Assembly: GCA_032718475.1 (NCBI GenBank)
Contig: JAUCBJ010006897.1
Location: 40,910 to 104,909, forward strand
Reading direction: 5' to 3'
DNA length: 64,000 nucleotides
Source: Nemertoderma westbladi
Lineage: Eukaryota > Animalia > Xenacoelomorpha
Part shown: one piece after another, positions 49,691 through 63,546 of the stretch
How the letters are laid out: every line of letters starts with the position of its first letter
Numbering within the stretch: position 1 is the stretch's first letter
Notes under the pieces: model-generated
Database searches by the model: none
Seen by the model: only the letters and a program-made list of their open reading frames with translations
What the model was told of the DNA's origin: nothing
Program-made: the position numbers and the translations under genes

Positions 49691-50899
49691 TTTAGTTTAA
49701 GAACTTCCTAGGAATTATATTTTCTAAAACTGTGCTCAATTAAAGAACGTTTTAGGATAAGAAAAATGACACTGGCAACAATTTATATGAGTTGGCCCAA
49801 CCCACCCAATTTTACTCCAAACCGTCAAATTTTCACTCATTTTTAACAAAATTAACAAATTTTCACCATAAAATTACATATTTATCAAAAATAAAACAAC
49901 TTCCTAGGAATTATATTTTTTTTAACTTTGGTCATTTATAGAACATGATAGTAGAACAAAATTGACATATTCCAAAATTTTCAAGAGTTGCACGAACCTG
50001 GTCAATTTTGTGGTCAAATCTGGCTTACGTAGCCACAATTTGGCAATTCCCGGCTCTTAAACTCTTATAGTTTAAAAATCATACCGATTATAAATATATT
50101 GAGTATAGCAATTGTAAACGCATTAATTACCGTACGTAACAATGAAAATTTCATCGAATACGGTCGTGTTGCACCAGAGTTACAGCGATTTTTATAATTG
50201 CACATCATATTAAAAATTTCATTATTGTTGTATTATTTGACTATTTTGAAATTCCCTCCATCAATCCATTTGAATACATGGAATATCATAACATGAAAGC
50301 CAACCAATGGTACAGCTCTAGCCAATAACAGATAATTTGTATCCTAGCAGCAGCAACACTCTTAGTGTGAGGCAAGGATAATGAACTCACAGCTGGCTGT
50401 GTGGTATCATTCTTTGAATGCTGCTGCTAGCATTGACTTTGCAGCCTTATGTGTACTGGCACTGTTCTTCTGCTAGGCCTAGCAGTTCATCAGCAGTTAG
50501 TGTTTGATTTCCTATTACTGTATTACCTGTCTGCGGTACAACTGGAATGCCTGCTGCAGTAGGCTACCGCCAGACCGCCGCCCATACTTCCACAGGCCTT
50601 ACTGCCGTACCTACATACTATACCTTGTACTTGTATTCTAGGCTTGTCTGCAGGTTATCAGGTTCGGTACGACTGTACGGCAGTACGGTCTGATAGTTGT
50701 TGTATAATTAGGCCTATTTCAGTATTTCATTGAATATTTTTTAATTTTTAGTGAGTCTAATACTGCAGTACTGTGATTGAACTAGGCCCCTATTGAACTA
50801 GGCATTACTGTTTACTCATGTCAACTGTTCTTTCAGTAACCATTCCACAGTGACCGTACTACTACTACTAGGTCGAGCGAACTCGGACAAAACCGGCAG

Positions 50900-50980
50900 T
50901 CACGCAAGCGGCTAATAACCTTGGGTATGTGGCTGGGACAAAGGGGATCTACCACAGTCGCATCCCAAGTGACGGACGTA
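50900..50980 (-). pseudogene. CRE-like endonuclease micro-fragment
   Basis: SVTWDATVVDPLCPSHI resembles the WDxTVxDxL motif of CRE-type endonucleases. Confidence 0.5.
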
Positions 50981-51309
50981 CATATCATAATGGTAGCCAG
51001 CCATAACATTCTAAATTCTGTATCAATATATATTTTTTTATTTTCATCTTTACGCCCAGCATGAATAGTAACATAGTTGGGTGTATCACTATGACTATTT
51101 AATTTAATTGTTAATTTCGTACACGTTAGATACAAAAAACAGTAGTAAATAACAGTACAGCGTACATACAAAGTTACATAATTAAGCACAAATAAAGTAG
51201 GGTGGGTAAGTAGATGAACTGTTACAATAATGATAATGTTAATGTTAACCGCCACATTTACTGAGATACAATACGACTCAATCAGTTTACTAATTCGTAA
51301 ATCACGCTA

Positions 51310-52975
51310 CTATTCCGTACATATATAATGCAAAATATTTTCCAACTCATCCTGCTCAAAACCTGGTACTTCCAAGGTATATCTACAATCAACTAATTCC
51401 CTGCACATAGTTATGTAAGTCGAATTATCTCCGAACCATTTAAAATTATAACATTCCTTTACATTTGGAAATCTGGCTACCGGGGAATTAACAATAGATG
51501 TTGATATATAATTTAGATTTGCACCGCTCACTGACCTACAATCAAAAATATTAAGATTACCTAAAAATTGTATAGATTGTTTTGGGCTATTTAGAATAGA
51601 TTTAGTAATAAACTGTACAAACCTACCAAAAATCATTGACTTTGGGTATGGGAAATCTACTAAACCCACCACAAAGAATCTATGAGTATTGTAAGGCAAC
51701 CCCCAAACTGATCTAACATTAATATTCCATGAATTAAGTGTTGTCAAAAAATTATGTGACGAAAAATCCCATAGTGAACTACCATAAAAACTAGTTGCAT
51801 AAATTCTTTGCAAATTACATAAACAAGACGGATGTGAGAAGCTAAATTCTTGCCTAAGACATTTAAGTTTTCAAATAAATTTACCGCGCTTTAATTGCAT
51901 GTCGAAATTGAAACTACCTGAATAGTGCAGTGTGTTGCCTAAATATGTCGCTTGCTTAACCCATGGTAATGTAACTTCATTTACTGTAACGTTTGTAGAC
52001 GGTTTAGACCAAGAACGATTAAAGGGTATACATTTCGATTTACTTATATCTGGATTAGTATTGGTGCTAAATACCATATTAAAATCCTTCGAAAATAATT
52101 CGCCATCCTTGAGCATATGCTGCAAACCATGAACTGATGGACACAGCAGAAGTATGTCGTCGGCATATATAAATATACCGAAAAAGCGAGACCCAATGTG
52201 ACAACAAACTCGAGATTTTCTGAGACGGACGATTAACGTGTTAATAACAATACAGAATAAAAATGGGCTCGCCACTGAACCCTGCCTACAGCCGTTAGTG
52301 ATAGAAAATTTGCGCGAGTTAGCGGAACCCCACTTGACATTACAACATTGTTCCCTATATGTGAACATTAATAACCTTAAAAATAAAGGCGAGAACCCCT
52401 TCTTTAGAAGCTCCATAAACAACTTAACCCATTCAACCAGGTCAAAGGCCCGACTCAAATCTAAAAGGCAACCAAATACTGGCGTATTGAACCGTCTGTA
52501 GAACCCGAGGACTTCGGAGACCGCCCATGTGCAACTTGTCGTACTAGACTGCTTCTGAAACCCAAATTGTAAATCATCTACGGCCAAGCAATGACCTTGG
52601 GAGATTAGCATCACCCATTCTAGAACTTTGAGCACTGAGGATGCGATTGCAATAGCTCTGTAATTGCTGGAGGTTGAAATATCACCGAGTTTGTCCTTTA
52701 TGAGCGGAACAAGAGAAGCTGATAATATACACGGTGGCACATATCCGTGTACAAGAAACCCATTGAACAGGGTATATAAATGATCTATAATTTCAGAACC
52801 ACCATGTTTCAAGCAGTCTGAGGTGAACATACCAGTCACATCGGTTTTCTTGGGCTGTAACTTGTCTAAGGCTGCCCGAACGATGCTGCGAGTTACTCTC
52901 TCACTTTCAATGTTTACGCCTCCAAGCGATTCTAGAATATTGGACTCAATCTCTGTGAAGTCCGACATATAATCC
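51310..52975 (-). pseudogene. Non-LTR (RTE-X-like) RT and C-terminus, 5' truncated
   Basis: NYRAIAI, LQFGF, LLDLSRAFD, GCRQGSVASPFLF, IYADD, YLG and SFYGSSLWD. Frameshift near 51870. Related to 37620-39016. Confidence 0.92.
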
Positions 52976-53171
52976 TTATTGAATAACGAGGAATGAATAG
53001 ACGCGAATTTTCAACACACAAAATATCACCAAACAAAGCTTGACAGTTGGTTAAGATAGCAAAACGATCCAATACGACATTAGAATCAGAGATAGTGGAC
53101 CTGGAAATAAAATCGATGAAATGTAAGTCGCTTGGTGCGAAATGCAATCTATTAGTTGCATTTGTCAGAAA

Positions 53172-53690
53172 GATGGGGAAGGAGGTTAACGATAAAACAA
53201 TACATAAACTGATGGTAGATGTTAATTCTACTGAATTAACTATTGAGAAGAATTCAATTGTCAGTGGTGGTGTTTGTGTTGTGGATGATGTGGGTGATGA
53301 TAATGTGTGTGTGTGGCTGAGCGTTCTGGTGTGTCTGTGCCATTAGATTGTGTGAGTGGAGGTACTTCTGGTGATCTTCATACATATGCAGATACGGTTA
53401 GTGTGGTAGGTCCCTCTAGTGGGTGCAGTAATACAAATAGAACGAAATGAATCCTAGACTGTAATATTCAATTGTCTGCCGCTAGGGGGCGATAATGTTG
53501 TAAAATGTAAATTGCTTGTCATTTTGTTAATTCCTGTCCGTTTGTTTTGAAATTTTCTAGACACCTTCTACAATATGGGTGGGACAAGGTGGACAAACAT
53601 CTACAACACTCCCAATAAAGAATTCAAAATACGAATTAATTTTAAAATTTGTAAAAAAATATATTTTTGAAAATTTTAAATTAAAAAAAA
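53172..53690. repeat. Dispersed ~520-bp repeat, copy 1 (copy 2 at 60144-60670)
   Basis: Near-identical text GATAAAACAATACATAAACTGATGG...GAAAATTTTAAATTAAAAAAAA with several short indels. Confidence 0.92.
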
Positions 53691-56531
53691 TATGGATTCC
53701 ATGTAAATGTCACCTGGTAGGTATATTATGAAGTTACAAATGACTGTACCTATATGGAATCAATTTATTGCAGGGATGTTAGGCATTGGCATTGCTAGTC
53801 ATTATTACAGGCATTGGTTGATTTCCACTTAGTCAATATACTGAAGATATTCAAAGAAACTTTACCAAAGAACAGGCGGGAATCTGTGGCTAATATCGCT
53901 TCCCAGTGCGAGAAATGGGAGGATAAATGTTCGCAAAGAGTTGGTATTGATGGGTCTGTCGATGTTCTTTAGTGAACCAGCCTGTATCATTGTTAAGTAT
54001 GTGTTAAGTTAGCCTTTGTTTTTATGACTGGATTTCAGTATATATTTATATTACTTGTATTATATTTATTTAAAATACCGCTATTATATATTTCATTTCT
54101 ATAATACACCGTTATGATTTACATCACAAATTATTAATTATTATTACTATTATTATTTTAATGACGGTTCATGGCCTGTCCAGCCTTTAATGAAATATTA
54201 AATTCATAACTTTATTACTTAAATTTTTTTTTTTATTTTTATTTTTTATTCCATTTATGATTGCTACATATAATCATTATTCAATATTATCAAGGGGTAA
54301 ATATTATAAAAGTAATACTCTCAGTGTTCATAAATCACAATAAAATGTTTATTAAATATATATAATCCAGGTGCAAGAAGAGGTGCTATCTAGCTTTCTA
54401 GGATATCGAATAGGCCCTCTGACGGAGATTCAACTGTACCGAGGACTGCGGCCGAGTTCCCAACGAGTATTGGGACCGCAATGCGCTGAAGCAGGAAACG
54501 ATGGGAGCGAGGATCCTGTGTCGATGAATGTATCCTCCTACCGACCTCCTTCAGGAAAACTTCCGTTGCCGGACCGGGGCGACCAAACGTTTCAAAGGCG
54601 ACTGGCGTGAACAGGAAATCCTGGTCAATAAGCTTTAAATTAAGCTTATAAGTAATAATAATGAAGCTTATAAATAAGCTTCAATTTACTTTAAATTAAA
54701 TTAGTACCATTTTATAATTTTTTGTTGCAATATGAAAATGTTTGTGATCAATATTTCGTAAATTTGGTTAACCATGATGATGATAATTCATTAAATATAC
54801 TGTAAACTCAAAATATATTTTAGGAGGATGTGAGTAATCACCATGGGATTGAGGAGGGACAGGGTGAGCTTGCCCATGGAGATGATTCCGGTGATGAGTT
54901 GGAGAATATTTCTGCGGTTGAATTGAGTACCGGAACAGGGGATTTGCCGTGCTTCATTACAGTAATGGTTCAACCGGATGAGGGAAAGATGGAGACTGCG
55001 ATTGTTACTATGGAGGGGTTTATTGTCGGCAAGGTGATTCCCACTATTGACGAAGCGTTCCTTTATTACTGGCACTAATATTGACGTCTCCAATTTCATT
55101 GCTGGACTGAACAGCATTCTCAAATTAGATTGTTCCTAATTTTAATTTTTAATTGTTTCAAATTACGTGAGTTATTTCAAATGTTAGAAAGAAGTGACTG
55201 CTCCACCCCCCCCCCCCCACCCCCCAAAAAAAAGTGGTTAACTTTATGGGGAGGTTTAAGTAATTATTAAATGGTTTAAATTATTATAATCTTAAATAAT
55301 GAATATTATTAGTTTTAGAACAAGATACTGTTCATTAAATACATCGCGGTTTTTTCAGATTTTCACTTTCGTTTTTTTGAAATGAGAACCCAAGACCCCC
55401 CCACCCTCCATTCTGTTTGTTTGTTTTTATATTCTTTATATTTTCGTGTTAGGTTTCGTATTAATTGCACTACTCGTGTTTGAGTTTTGTGATATAATTT
55501 TGTGAAACCGGTAAAATAAAATAAAAAATAGGTGATGTGTTTTAAAAATGATACAATGACACAACAAATCCTATCGCTCTGTATCACGAATAGTTGCGGC
55601 TCTGTCCACATTTGCTGAGACGTGGAGGGGGGGGGGGGGGGGGGGGATTTCCATCAATAGAGTCAATAGAACAGACGGGGCTGTTGTGTCGATTTTCCCC
55701 TGAAGAAGGATGAATTTTGATTGGGTCAAGACCACCCCCCCCCCCCTGCCACCATATCTGCAGTTGGAAGTAACTACATACATAGTCTATACCCTACCCA
55801 GCTATACAGGCTAAAAGGAATCTGTTTAGGTTAAGGCCAAGGATTGGATGTGGTGTGTGTCCCAACAAGCATGTTTTATATAATATGTTAAGGATAGAGG
55901 GTCTTCCCTCAGCAATAAAAACGTTTTGTATTATTATTATTCGCCCTCCTAAACCTAAACCTAAACCCTTCTTCAGGCGATTATTAAATAAAATAAAACA
56001 GAAATTTGAATTTATACAGACACAACTGCAAAATACAGAACAGTGACCGGTACCGGAACAGCCTAAACAATGTATTGCTCAGGACAGTAGCCAATCACGT
56101 TACACTACCGGTAAAAGTACTGTAGTTAGGAAATAAATGTAATTGGATTAGTTTTAAAGTAGGGACACCAATATTAATAATAATGATAATTAATAAATTA
56201 GCTAATACATTAAATTACATACCTAATGAAACTTATTTAAATTTATTCACGGATAGTAGTTCGAGTAGAGAAAGGAACCGATATGTACTGTAGTTGGATA
56301 TAAAGTATATTTAAAGGATTAAAGTATATTTAAACAAACAAAACCTTATCTGATGACCCAAAATTGCACAATCAACTATAGTAGATATCAGTACTTAGTT
56401 TAATGGACCATTATTGCTTAATTAATTAACTAATTAGCTAAATAATTAATTAATTAACAAACTAATTAATTAGTTAATTAATTAACCAAATAATTAGTTC
56501 ATATTTAGACAATTGTTCACATAATGGTAAA

Positions 56532-57062
56532 CTAATTGTGTGGTGGAAATTCGCTGAAACACGAAACACAAAGTCTAGGTTGACCAGGGCACACAGCACA
56601 GATGTATCGGGTTTTATTTGTAATGTTCTTACTCCAGCATACACGACAACGCTTCTGGGGATGCAGTGATCTCCCAGATTGTTCTAGTTTAGTTAGTTTA
56701 TGGGTAACTGTCGCCGGGTCTGGAATGGGTGGCAACGATGAAGGCTTGGCGTTATGATAGGCCTTTGTCGGCACCTTTGTGAGGTGATCAACTACGTCTA
56801 GTAGGTATTCGTCGAATCTCAAGTGTTTTGGTTTCTTATCAGCCCGAAACAGTATGAAACTGTTCAATACAAGACGCTGCAGATAGTGTATTCCGACTTT
56901 CACAAACCAAGTTTGAGTTTTACGCACTGCATTACAGGAAGAAATCATTTGGTTTGTCACATCCACGCCGCCCATGTTTAGGTTGTAGTTCTCTATAGCT
57001 GTGGGTTTCTTGTATTCAACAGTTTGAGAACCAGGCAGGAAACGAGTCTTATCAACCAACCC
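56532..57062 (-). pseudogene. piggyBac transposase C-terminus with cysteine-rich domain
   Basis: KPTAIENYNLNMGGVDVTNQ, RKTQTWF, NSFILF and RCRVC...TRYICAVC..PRLCVSCF. Confidence 0.93.
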
Positions 57063-57073
57063 TACATTGTCCA

Positions 57074-58222
57074 GTCAGTGATTCAGTCTCTCGCTCACGT
57101 ATGTTCAGCATAATTTCATTATATGGGATTCCTGATGAAATTATTGCAGCAATCAGATCAGTATACGATGGTTCGACAACATTTGTGTCTACTGTTGATG
57201 GTGACACAGAACCATTTGAAGTGTTATGGGGCGTCCTCCAAGGAGACACACTTGCACCATACTTGTTCATTATTGTGGTTGACTATGTTCTACGCATGTC
57301 CTTAGATCATTATAATGATGATGGGGTGATGATAACTCCACCTACTGGCTCCAGAAGTCGAGGAAATCCTGCCAAGTACCTAACTGATCTAGACTTTGCT
57401 GATGACTTAGGAGTACTCTCAGAATCATTAGAGGGAGCCCAACGGCTCCTCAGCTCATTAGAACATGCTGCTTCTAGTGTTGGTCTTTTTATTAACTCCA
57501 GAAAGACCAAAATTCTGACAGTTAACTTTGAAAGTCCTCAGCAAGTCTCTGATCGGATGAGCATAAGCTCAAAGGATGGTATGCTTGAGCATGTGGACGA
57601 CTTCTGTTACCTGGGATCATGGATCCGGAAGTCAGGTGAGGACCTTCGAATACGTAAGGGAAAGGCATGGGCAGCCTTGAATAGGCTTTCCAGGATTTGG
57701 AAGTCACCGAGAATTAATCGGAAACTTAAGGTCCGATTATTTAGAGCAGCAGTAGTTCCAGTACTCCTCTACGGGAGTCCATGCTGGGCTCTAACTGCTG
57801 AGGACACCAAATCTCTGGATGGCACATTCACAAGAATGCTACGCCGGGTTCATTGTGTCAAGTACAATGCACACATCTCCAACCAGACACTATATAACAT
57901 TGGAGGTGTCTCATTGGTTCCCCCAAGCTTGACACTAGAACAAAATCGCCTCCGCTTTGCAGGACATTGCTTTCGCCGTGAGGACCAGCCAGTGCATAAT
58001 CTTGTACTTTGGCAGCCTCATGGAGTGAATAAGCATGGTGGACAGCCCATGACTTTCTTGAGACGCATCTTAAAGGACACTGGCCTTAAAGATGCGGATG
58101 ATCTAGCAAATGTCATGGGTGATAGGGAGTTGTGGCGGTGCAATTTTGTTGACAAGCCGGCACAGCATTCTTTAAAATGCAGCTGCAATGCAGCATGCCG
58201 ATCCTAGTAGTAGTAGTAGTAG
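57074..58222 (+). mobile_element. 5'-truncated RTE insertion with (TAG)n tail and 11-bp TSD
   Basis: TSD TACATTGTCCA at 57063-57073 and 58223-58233. Open RT ORF 57101..58207. Five extra bases GTCAG at the 5' junction. Confidence 0.97.
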
Positions 58223-60143
58223 TACATTGTCCACAGATGTTGTGTTCTCCAGCAAAACAATTCACTGTTTTTTATATTATCTCAAATAAACAACCCCGCG
58301 GGCAAAACTGGTTCTCGAAGAGTTGCCGAGACTAAATTAAGAACGCTGCTATCGCAGGTATGGAATGGGTTCTTATGGTGGGTGCTCCGGGTCCACCTAA
58401 TCGTTTGTTATTTACTGTTTTCTAATGCCAATTTTATTCCAGTATCTAGTAGAATAGTATTCTAAATTTCGGGCGAAAATAATTTTATATAATTTCGAAG
58501 TGCAACTTTTGTATCTTGAGTGATAATAGGGAACTTTATATCCGACAATTGTCGATAATACGTAAAATAGAATAAAATCAAACATAGTTGGCTAAATAAC
58601 TAAATTTATCCAAATAAATAACAGTCTAATTTGCGTTAAACAATATATCAAAGGAAAGTAATAAATTTAAACTTACCGCTGTCAATCGTCTAAATAAATA
58701 AGATAAAGAGTATGAAAAAATAAAGTTTTTCTGAACTTTCTAGCGCTTATTCTTACAATATTTTAGCAGTATCAAGTATAACTTTAACTTATCTAATACT
58801 TTATTTGCAGCAAAATATCTAAACAAAGTAATATTTCTGCAACAATTTTATTTCATTTAAATTTTATATTGTATTATATTCTATTCTAGTAACGATATAA
58901 AGGAGCAACCCGGCCTATTTAGGGTAGTTTCTAATCACGAAGCGCCTATAAATCTAATGCACTTCCCTATAATAATAGCCATAGCGGTCCTCTACTCCAG
59001 CAATTATACAACGACACTTCGCTACTCTGTGTTGTGTTTCGGTCAAGATACAAAGTTACAACTATTGTTACTTATCTTTCTATTCGTTGTAACGCAACGC
59101 CATCCCGTGTCTGTACTTGGCTGTCCGATTTATTTCTCCATATCTCGATATTCCAAATCGATGACCCAAGAGAATGAAAACGCAATGGAGTTTAATCTAC
59201 TAAATTCTAATTATAATGTAGCTCAATACATTTTAAGTTTTAAATCTAAGTTAACCGGTAAAGGTGGCTCATCCGTTGGTAAAAGTGGGCAAAATTATTA
59301 TGGAGCAATCCATACAAATAGTTAACAGGCAATGATTCACAAATCCTACAATTGGCCAATGAAATCACCGCGGATGAATATTCAACTGTAGTACGTCTTA
59401 AATAAGTAGTTAACGAAAATGATACACCGATTTAATTTGACAATATGATCCCAATGCACAATTTTTACTTAACACGAAAAAAGAGAATATACAATTAAAA
59501 TTTAATAATTAACAATAAATAACATAACAGGCCCATTGAAATACATTATTAATTTTATCAGCAAAAGTCTTGAAAATCATAAGCAACCTGTCAATCCTAA
59601 GAGAAACACAAATAAATCATTCTACATAAGACGTGTGTTAGATTCTGCCACAAGCATCTTAATATAAATCAAAGGCAGTAAATAAAATCCCCTGGTGGTC
59701 TGACATTTAGTGCTATGTTATTTTCATAGACTACAGAATGAATGTACGGTAGAATAGACATACCGGAACTGGCTAGATCTATAAACCTTTCAATGGAGGA
59801 TTAAATTCGAAATTACGAAATTATTTTGTATACTTATAAAATAACGCAATGTACCTAAAGTCGAATACACCGCTCCAATACGAATAGTCCAGTGCTAGTC
59901 GTATTCCACACCGTGTAAACGTACAATGAGCTACTATTAGATATAAAATACAATACTAATATATATATCTACATATTCATATTATTATAAAAAATATTCG
60001 GAAATTTGAAATTTTTTAAGAATTCAGAAAATTCTGTAACAAATAATATTTCCAATATATTCTGCAAATAGGGATCGAACCAGGTTCTTCCATATGTAAT
60101 AATTTGTTGCAAAGCCCCATTGCCACAGATGCAACTGATAAAC

Positions 60144-61062
60144 GATGGGATGGCGGTTAATGATAAAACAATACATAAACTGATGGTAGATGTTAATTCT
60201 ACTGAATTAACTATTGAGAAGAATTCAATTGTCAGTGGTGGTGTTTGTGTTGTGGATGATGTGGGTGATGATAATGCTGGGCGTGTGTGTGGCTGAGAGT
60301 TCTGGTGTGTCTGTGCCATTAGATTGTGTGAGTGGAGGTACTGGCTGGTGATCTTCATACATATGCAGATACATATGTTAGTGTGGTAGGTCCCTCTAGT
60401 GGGTGCAGTAATACAAATAGAACGAAATAAATCCTAGACTGTAATATTCAATTGTCTGCCGCTAGGGGGCGATAATGTTCTAAAATGTAAATTGCTTGTC
60501 ATTTAGTTAATTCCTGTCCGTTTGTTTTGAAATTTTCTAGACACCTTCTACAATATGGGTGGGACAAGGTGGACAAACATCTACAACACTCCCAATAAAG
60601 AATTCAAAATACGAATGAATTTTAAAATTTGTAAAAAAAAATATTTTTGAAAATTTTAAATTAAAAAAAAAAAATTTTTTGGTTACAAGTTTTTTTGAAA
60701 ATTTTGCAAAATTTTTTTTTAAATAGTTCATGAACAATATTAATAGTTTCAAAGTGTTAAAAGTTATTGTATAAAAAGCCGAATAACATTGGGCTGCCTA
60801 ACTATATAGTAAGAATTGCTATGATATTATTAATATTGTCCATTTTTTTAAATAACCGCTTTTTATAACCGCTATTAATAAAATTTTTTTTGCTACCCGA
60901 TTCACCTTCACATAAATCGCTGTACCTTTTTTTTGGAAATAGATATTGAGACACCGTTTTTTTTTGTTAAAATCTCTGGAAAATTCTACATCTCATAGGC
61001 CTAATAACTCAAAATCGCCCTCCGGTGACATAAGGTCCCTTTTCTCGTGGCCAGCCACAAAT
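60144..61062. mobile_element. Copy 2 of the 520-bp repeat, extending to a possible DNA transposon terminus
   Basis: Matches 53172-53690. It continues to ATAAGGTCCCTTTTCTCGTGGCCAGCCACAAAT, a terminus-like motif whose family I cannot assign. Confidence 0.55.
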
Positions 61063-61120
61063 ATGTAAATCTAATATCACTACCGGTATGCGTTTCGAGT
61101 TTATTAAATTATTTATTTAT

Positions 61121-61777
61121 TTAAAAAAAAAACCTTACAAGTAGGTACGTACAGCAGTACCAAACTAAAAAGCAACTTGACTTAAGACGTTGCATGCAAT
61201 CAGTGATCAGCTAACGGCAGGCAGCTGATTGATAGGTATCGCCTCGCAGTTTAAGGAATTCTCAAGAGGCCTGGATATAACAGTGATGGTGAAGTCCCAA
61301 AAGAGAGAAGGAAAGTTATGTAGAAGGAAACGGTTATGTAATGAAGAGAGGTGTGTACTAATAACTAAGCACTGGGAAGCAGCACCACAAACTTGCACCA
61401 ATCATGTTTCTGTTTGTTGATAATGGGCATGCGCGAGCGAATGTAATACATATTTTTTGCAAAACACGCCGCAAAGAGTGCCGTGAAATTACTTTGAAGT
61501 ATTTAAATCTTACGCCAGTCAGTCAGCTAAGTATTGGACTCGTGTCTAATATATTAGTGTGTTCAACATCAACATATTCCCCACACAAGAGGGACTTCAC
61601 TCTCACTGTTTTTTAAAGGCTTGGCCTCCTGAGAATGCCTTCCACTGTGAGGTGAAACCTACTGATCAGCTGACTGCCGTTAGTTCATCTCCGATTGCAT
61701 GTAACGTCTATAGGTGCAGTTACTTTCAACTTTTTAGTTTGCTACTTCTGTACATACCTACCAGTAACGGTTTTTTA
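61121..61777. mobile_element. MITE with ~180-bp diverged terminal inverted repeats
   Basis: ~61121-61300 aligns with the reverse complement of ~61590-61777 (GTAGGTA.GTACAG.AGTA.CAAACTAAAAAG; CTAACGGCAG.CAGCTGAT; GTGAAGTCCC). Confidence 0.8.
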
Positions 61778-62915
61778 CTTAACTTGCTTGACTAATTAAA
61801 ATTTTAACGATTATATAAACAGGATATCCTTGTAATACGTGTTAACTTAGTTTTTTGTTTTGGTTACATCCACCCGAAAACTATTATTAGGAGCTTTGAG
61901 GCTGTTGTAGGTCCAATTCTAAAACTAACAGGACCTTAGGCGGAGTTAATAAATAATGCAAGGGCCGGATTTCAAAATGCCCCTATCGAGACAATTTTAT
62001 CCAAAAAGTATCAATTATTGTTTCGTGTCTCTGGTGTAATATTTTTTGAAAGTTTCAAATTTTAGGATGGCGAAGAATAAAATTACAAATAACAAATATA
62101 CGTAACTGGGCAATTCCATGGAAAATGCACCTGAGAGTCATTTTTTGAAGTTTGTCTTTTTGAGAAAATTTTTGGTGCATTTTGTAGCTTAAACATTCTA
62201 CTTTATCGACAATACAGCCAAAAATCTGTAATTCCAATGCTGAATCTGCAATAGCTAGGAGAAAACGCGACTAAAATTCATGTAAAACTTGTCCATGTAT
62301 CCTCAAAAACGTCTTAGAACACATTTGAGTATATTTTATTACAGTTTAATATTTTCGTGTGAATTTTTTTATATGTGTTTTTTCACGTTTTCTTCTACCC
62401 ACAGAGACCTAATATTGGATGTTTAAGTTTCAGTTTGAGCTATCTACGACCCTTCAAACAATACAGATTTTTACAAAATGTATATGTTACAACCGTGACA
62501 AAAACGCCGAATTGTTTGCATTACCGGTACTCTAAGAGTTTTAACAACTATTGGCGGGAAATTTAAACCATGTTACTTTGATATATTCGCTATTGCATAA
62601 AGGAAATCACCTACTGCTGCAGTGTAAACTTTTGTCGTGATTGATCATTCTTTTTGGTTACGCCCCGTGACATTCCTTGTCACGAGCGTAACGCAATGAA
62701 AATCGGTTACAACCGTGACATATGGTTAGGATTTATATATAGACCTACCTCCAGTACCGGTACTTTCTTGTTATTACTGGTGCACTCATAGTCGGTAGTC
62801 AGTCATTTAATAGGTAAGTAGGTAAGGTACCGGTAGGTCAATTACTCGGCTCCTAACTGCTTTAACATTTACAGAATGTTTTGTATTAACTAATAGCGTT
62901 AATAAATTATGCAGT

Positions 62916-63460
62916 ATGAATCCCAGAATGACAGGCGCTGCGAGACAGAAAAAGTACAAGGAATCAAACAAAGCTTACCAGCAGAGAGAAAGGGTACGTA
63001 ATGAAAAACGACGGAAAAAAATATCAAGTACAATGGTGGAACGAAACAGGGTCACTTCGCGTATACGGATGCAGGCATTTAGAAAGAGAAAGAGAGATAC
63101 GGAGCTGCAAAAATTAGAAATGCAAAGATTAGAAACTCCTGTCAATGGAAGCTACAAATTAGCAGAACACTTGGAAAAGCAGTTTCTCGAACTCGTGATT
63201 CCCTTCCTTCATCACCCAGAAAGCGGACAGCTGTCGTTAGTAAACTTGCCATGTTGTTTGGTATAAATAATACAGCTAAATTACAAGACAGTTCCATTAC
63301 TACCAGGAGTAGTAAGATAAATGAATACAAGATAGAAAACTTTTATAGACGTGACGATGTAAGTCGTCAAGCCCCTGGAATGAAAGATGTTAAAACTATT
63401 TGGAAAAATGGCATCAAAGAGAAATATCAAAAAAGATATTTAGAGCACAAACTGCAAGAG
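62916..63460 (+). pseudogene. DNA transposase N-terminus (Sola2-like), frameshifted
   Basis: Basic N-terminus, LGKAVSRTRDSLPSSPRKRTAVV and FYRRDDVSRQAPGMKD...QKRYL. Donor GTAGG at 63461. Confidence 0.6.
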
Positions 63461-63546
63461 GTAGGTATTATTAGATTTCTATTTTAACTATATTTAGCAA
63501 GAATATATTGTGTTAAATTTCTGAATTATTGTAGGTCCTAACTTAA

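Noticed and set aside
54371-55123. Possible host exons
   Set aside because: No recognisable motif or consistent spliced frame, so I cannot support a call.
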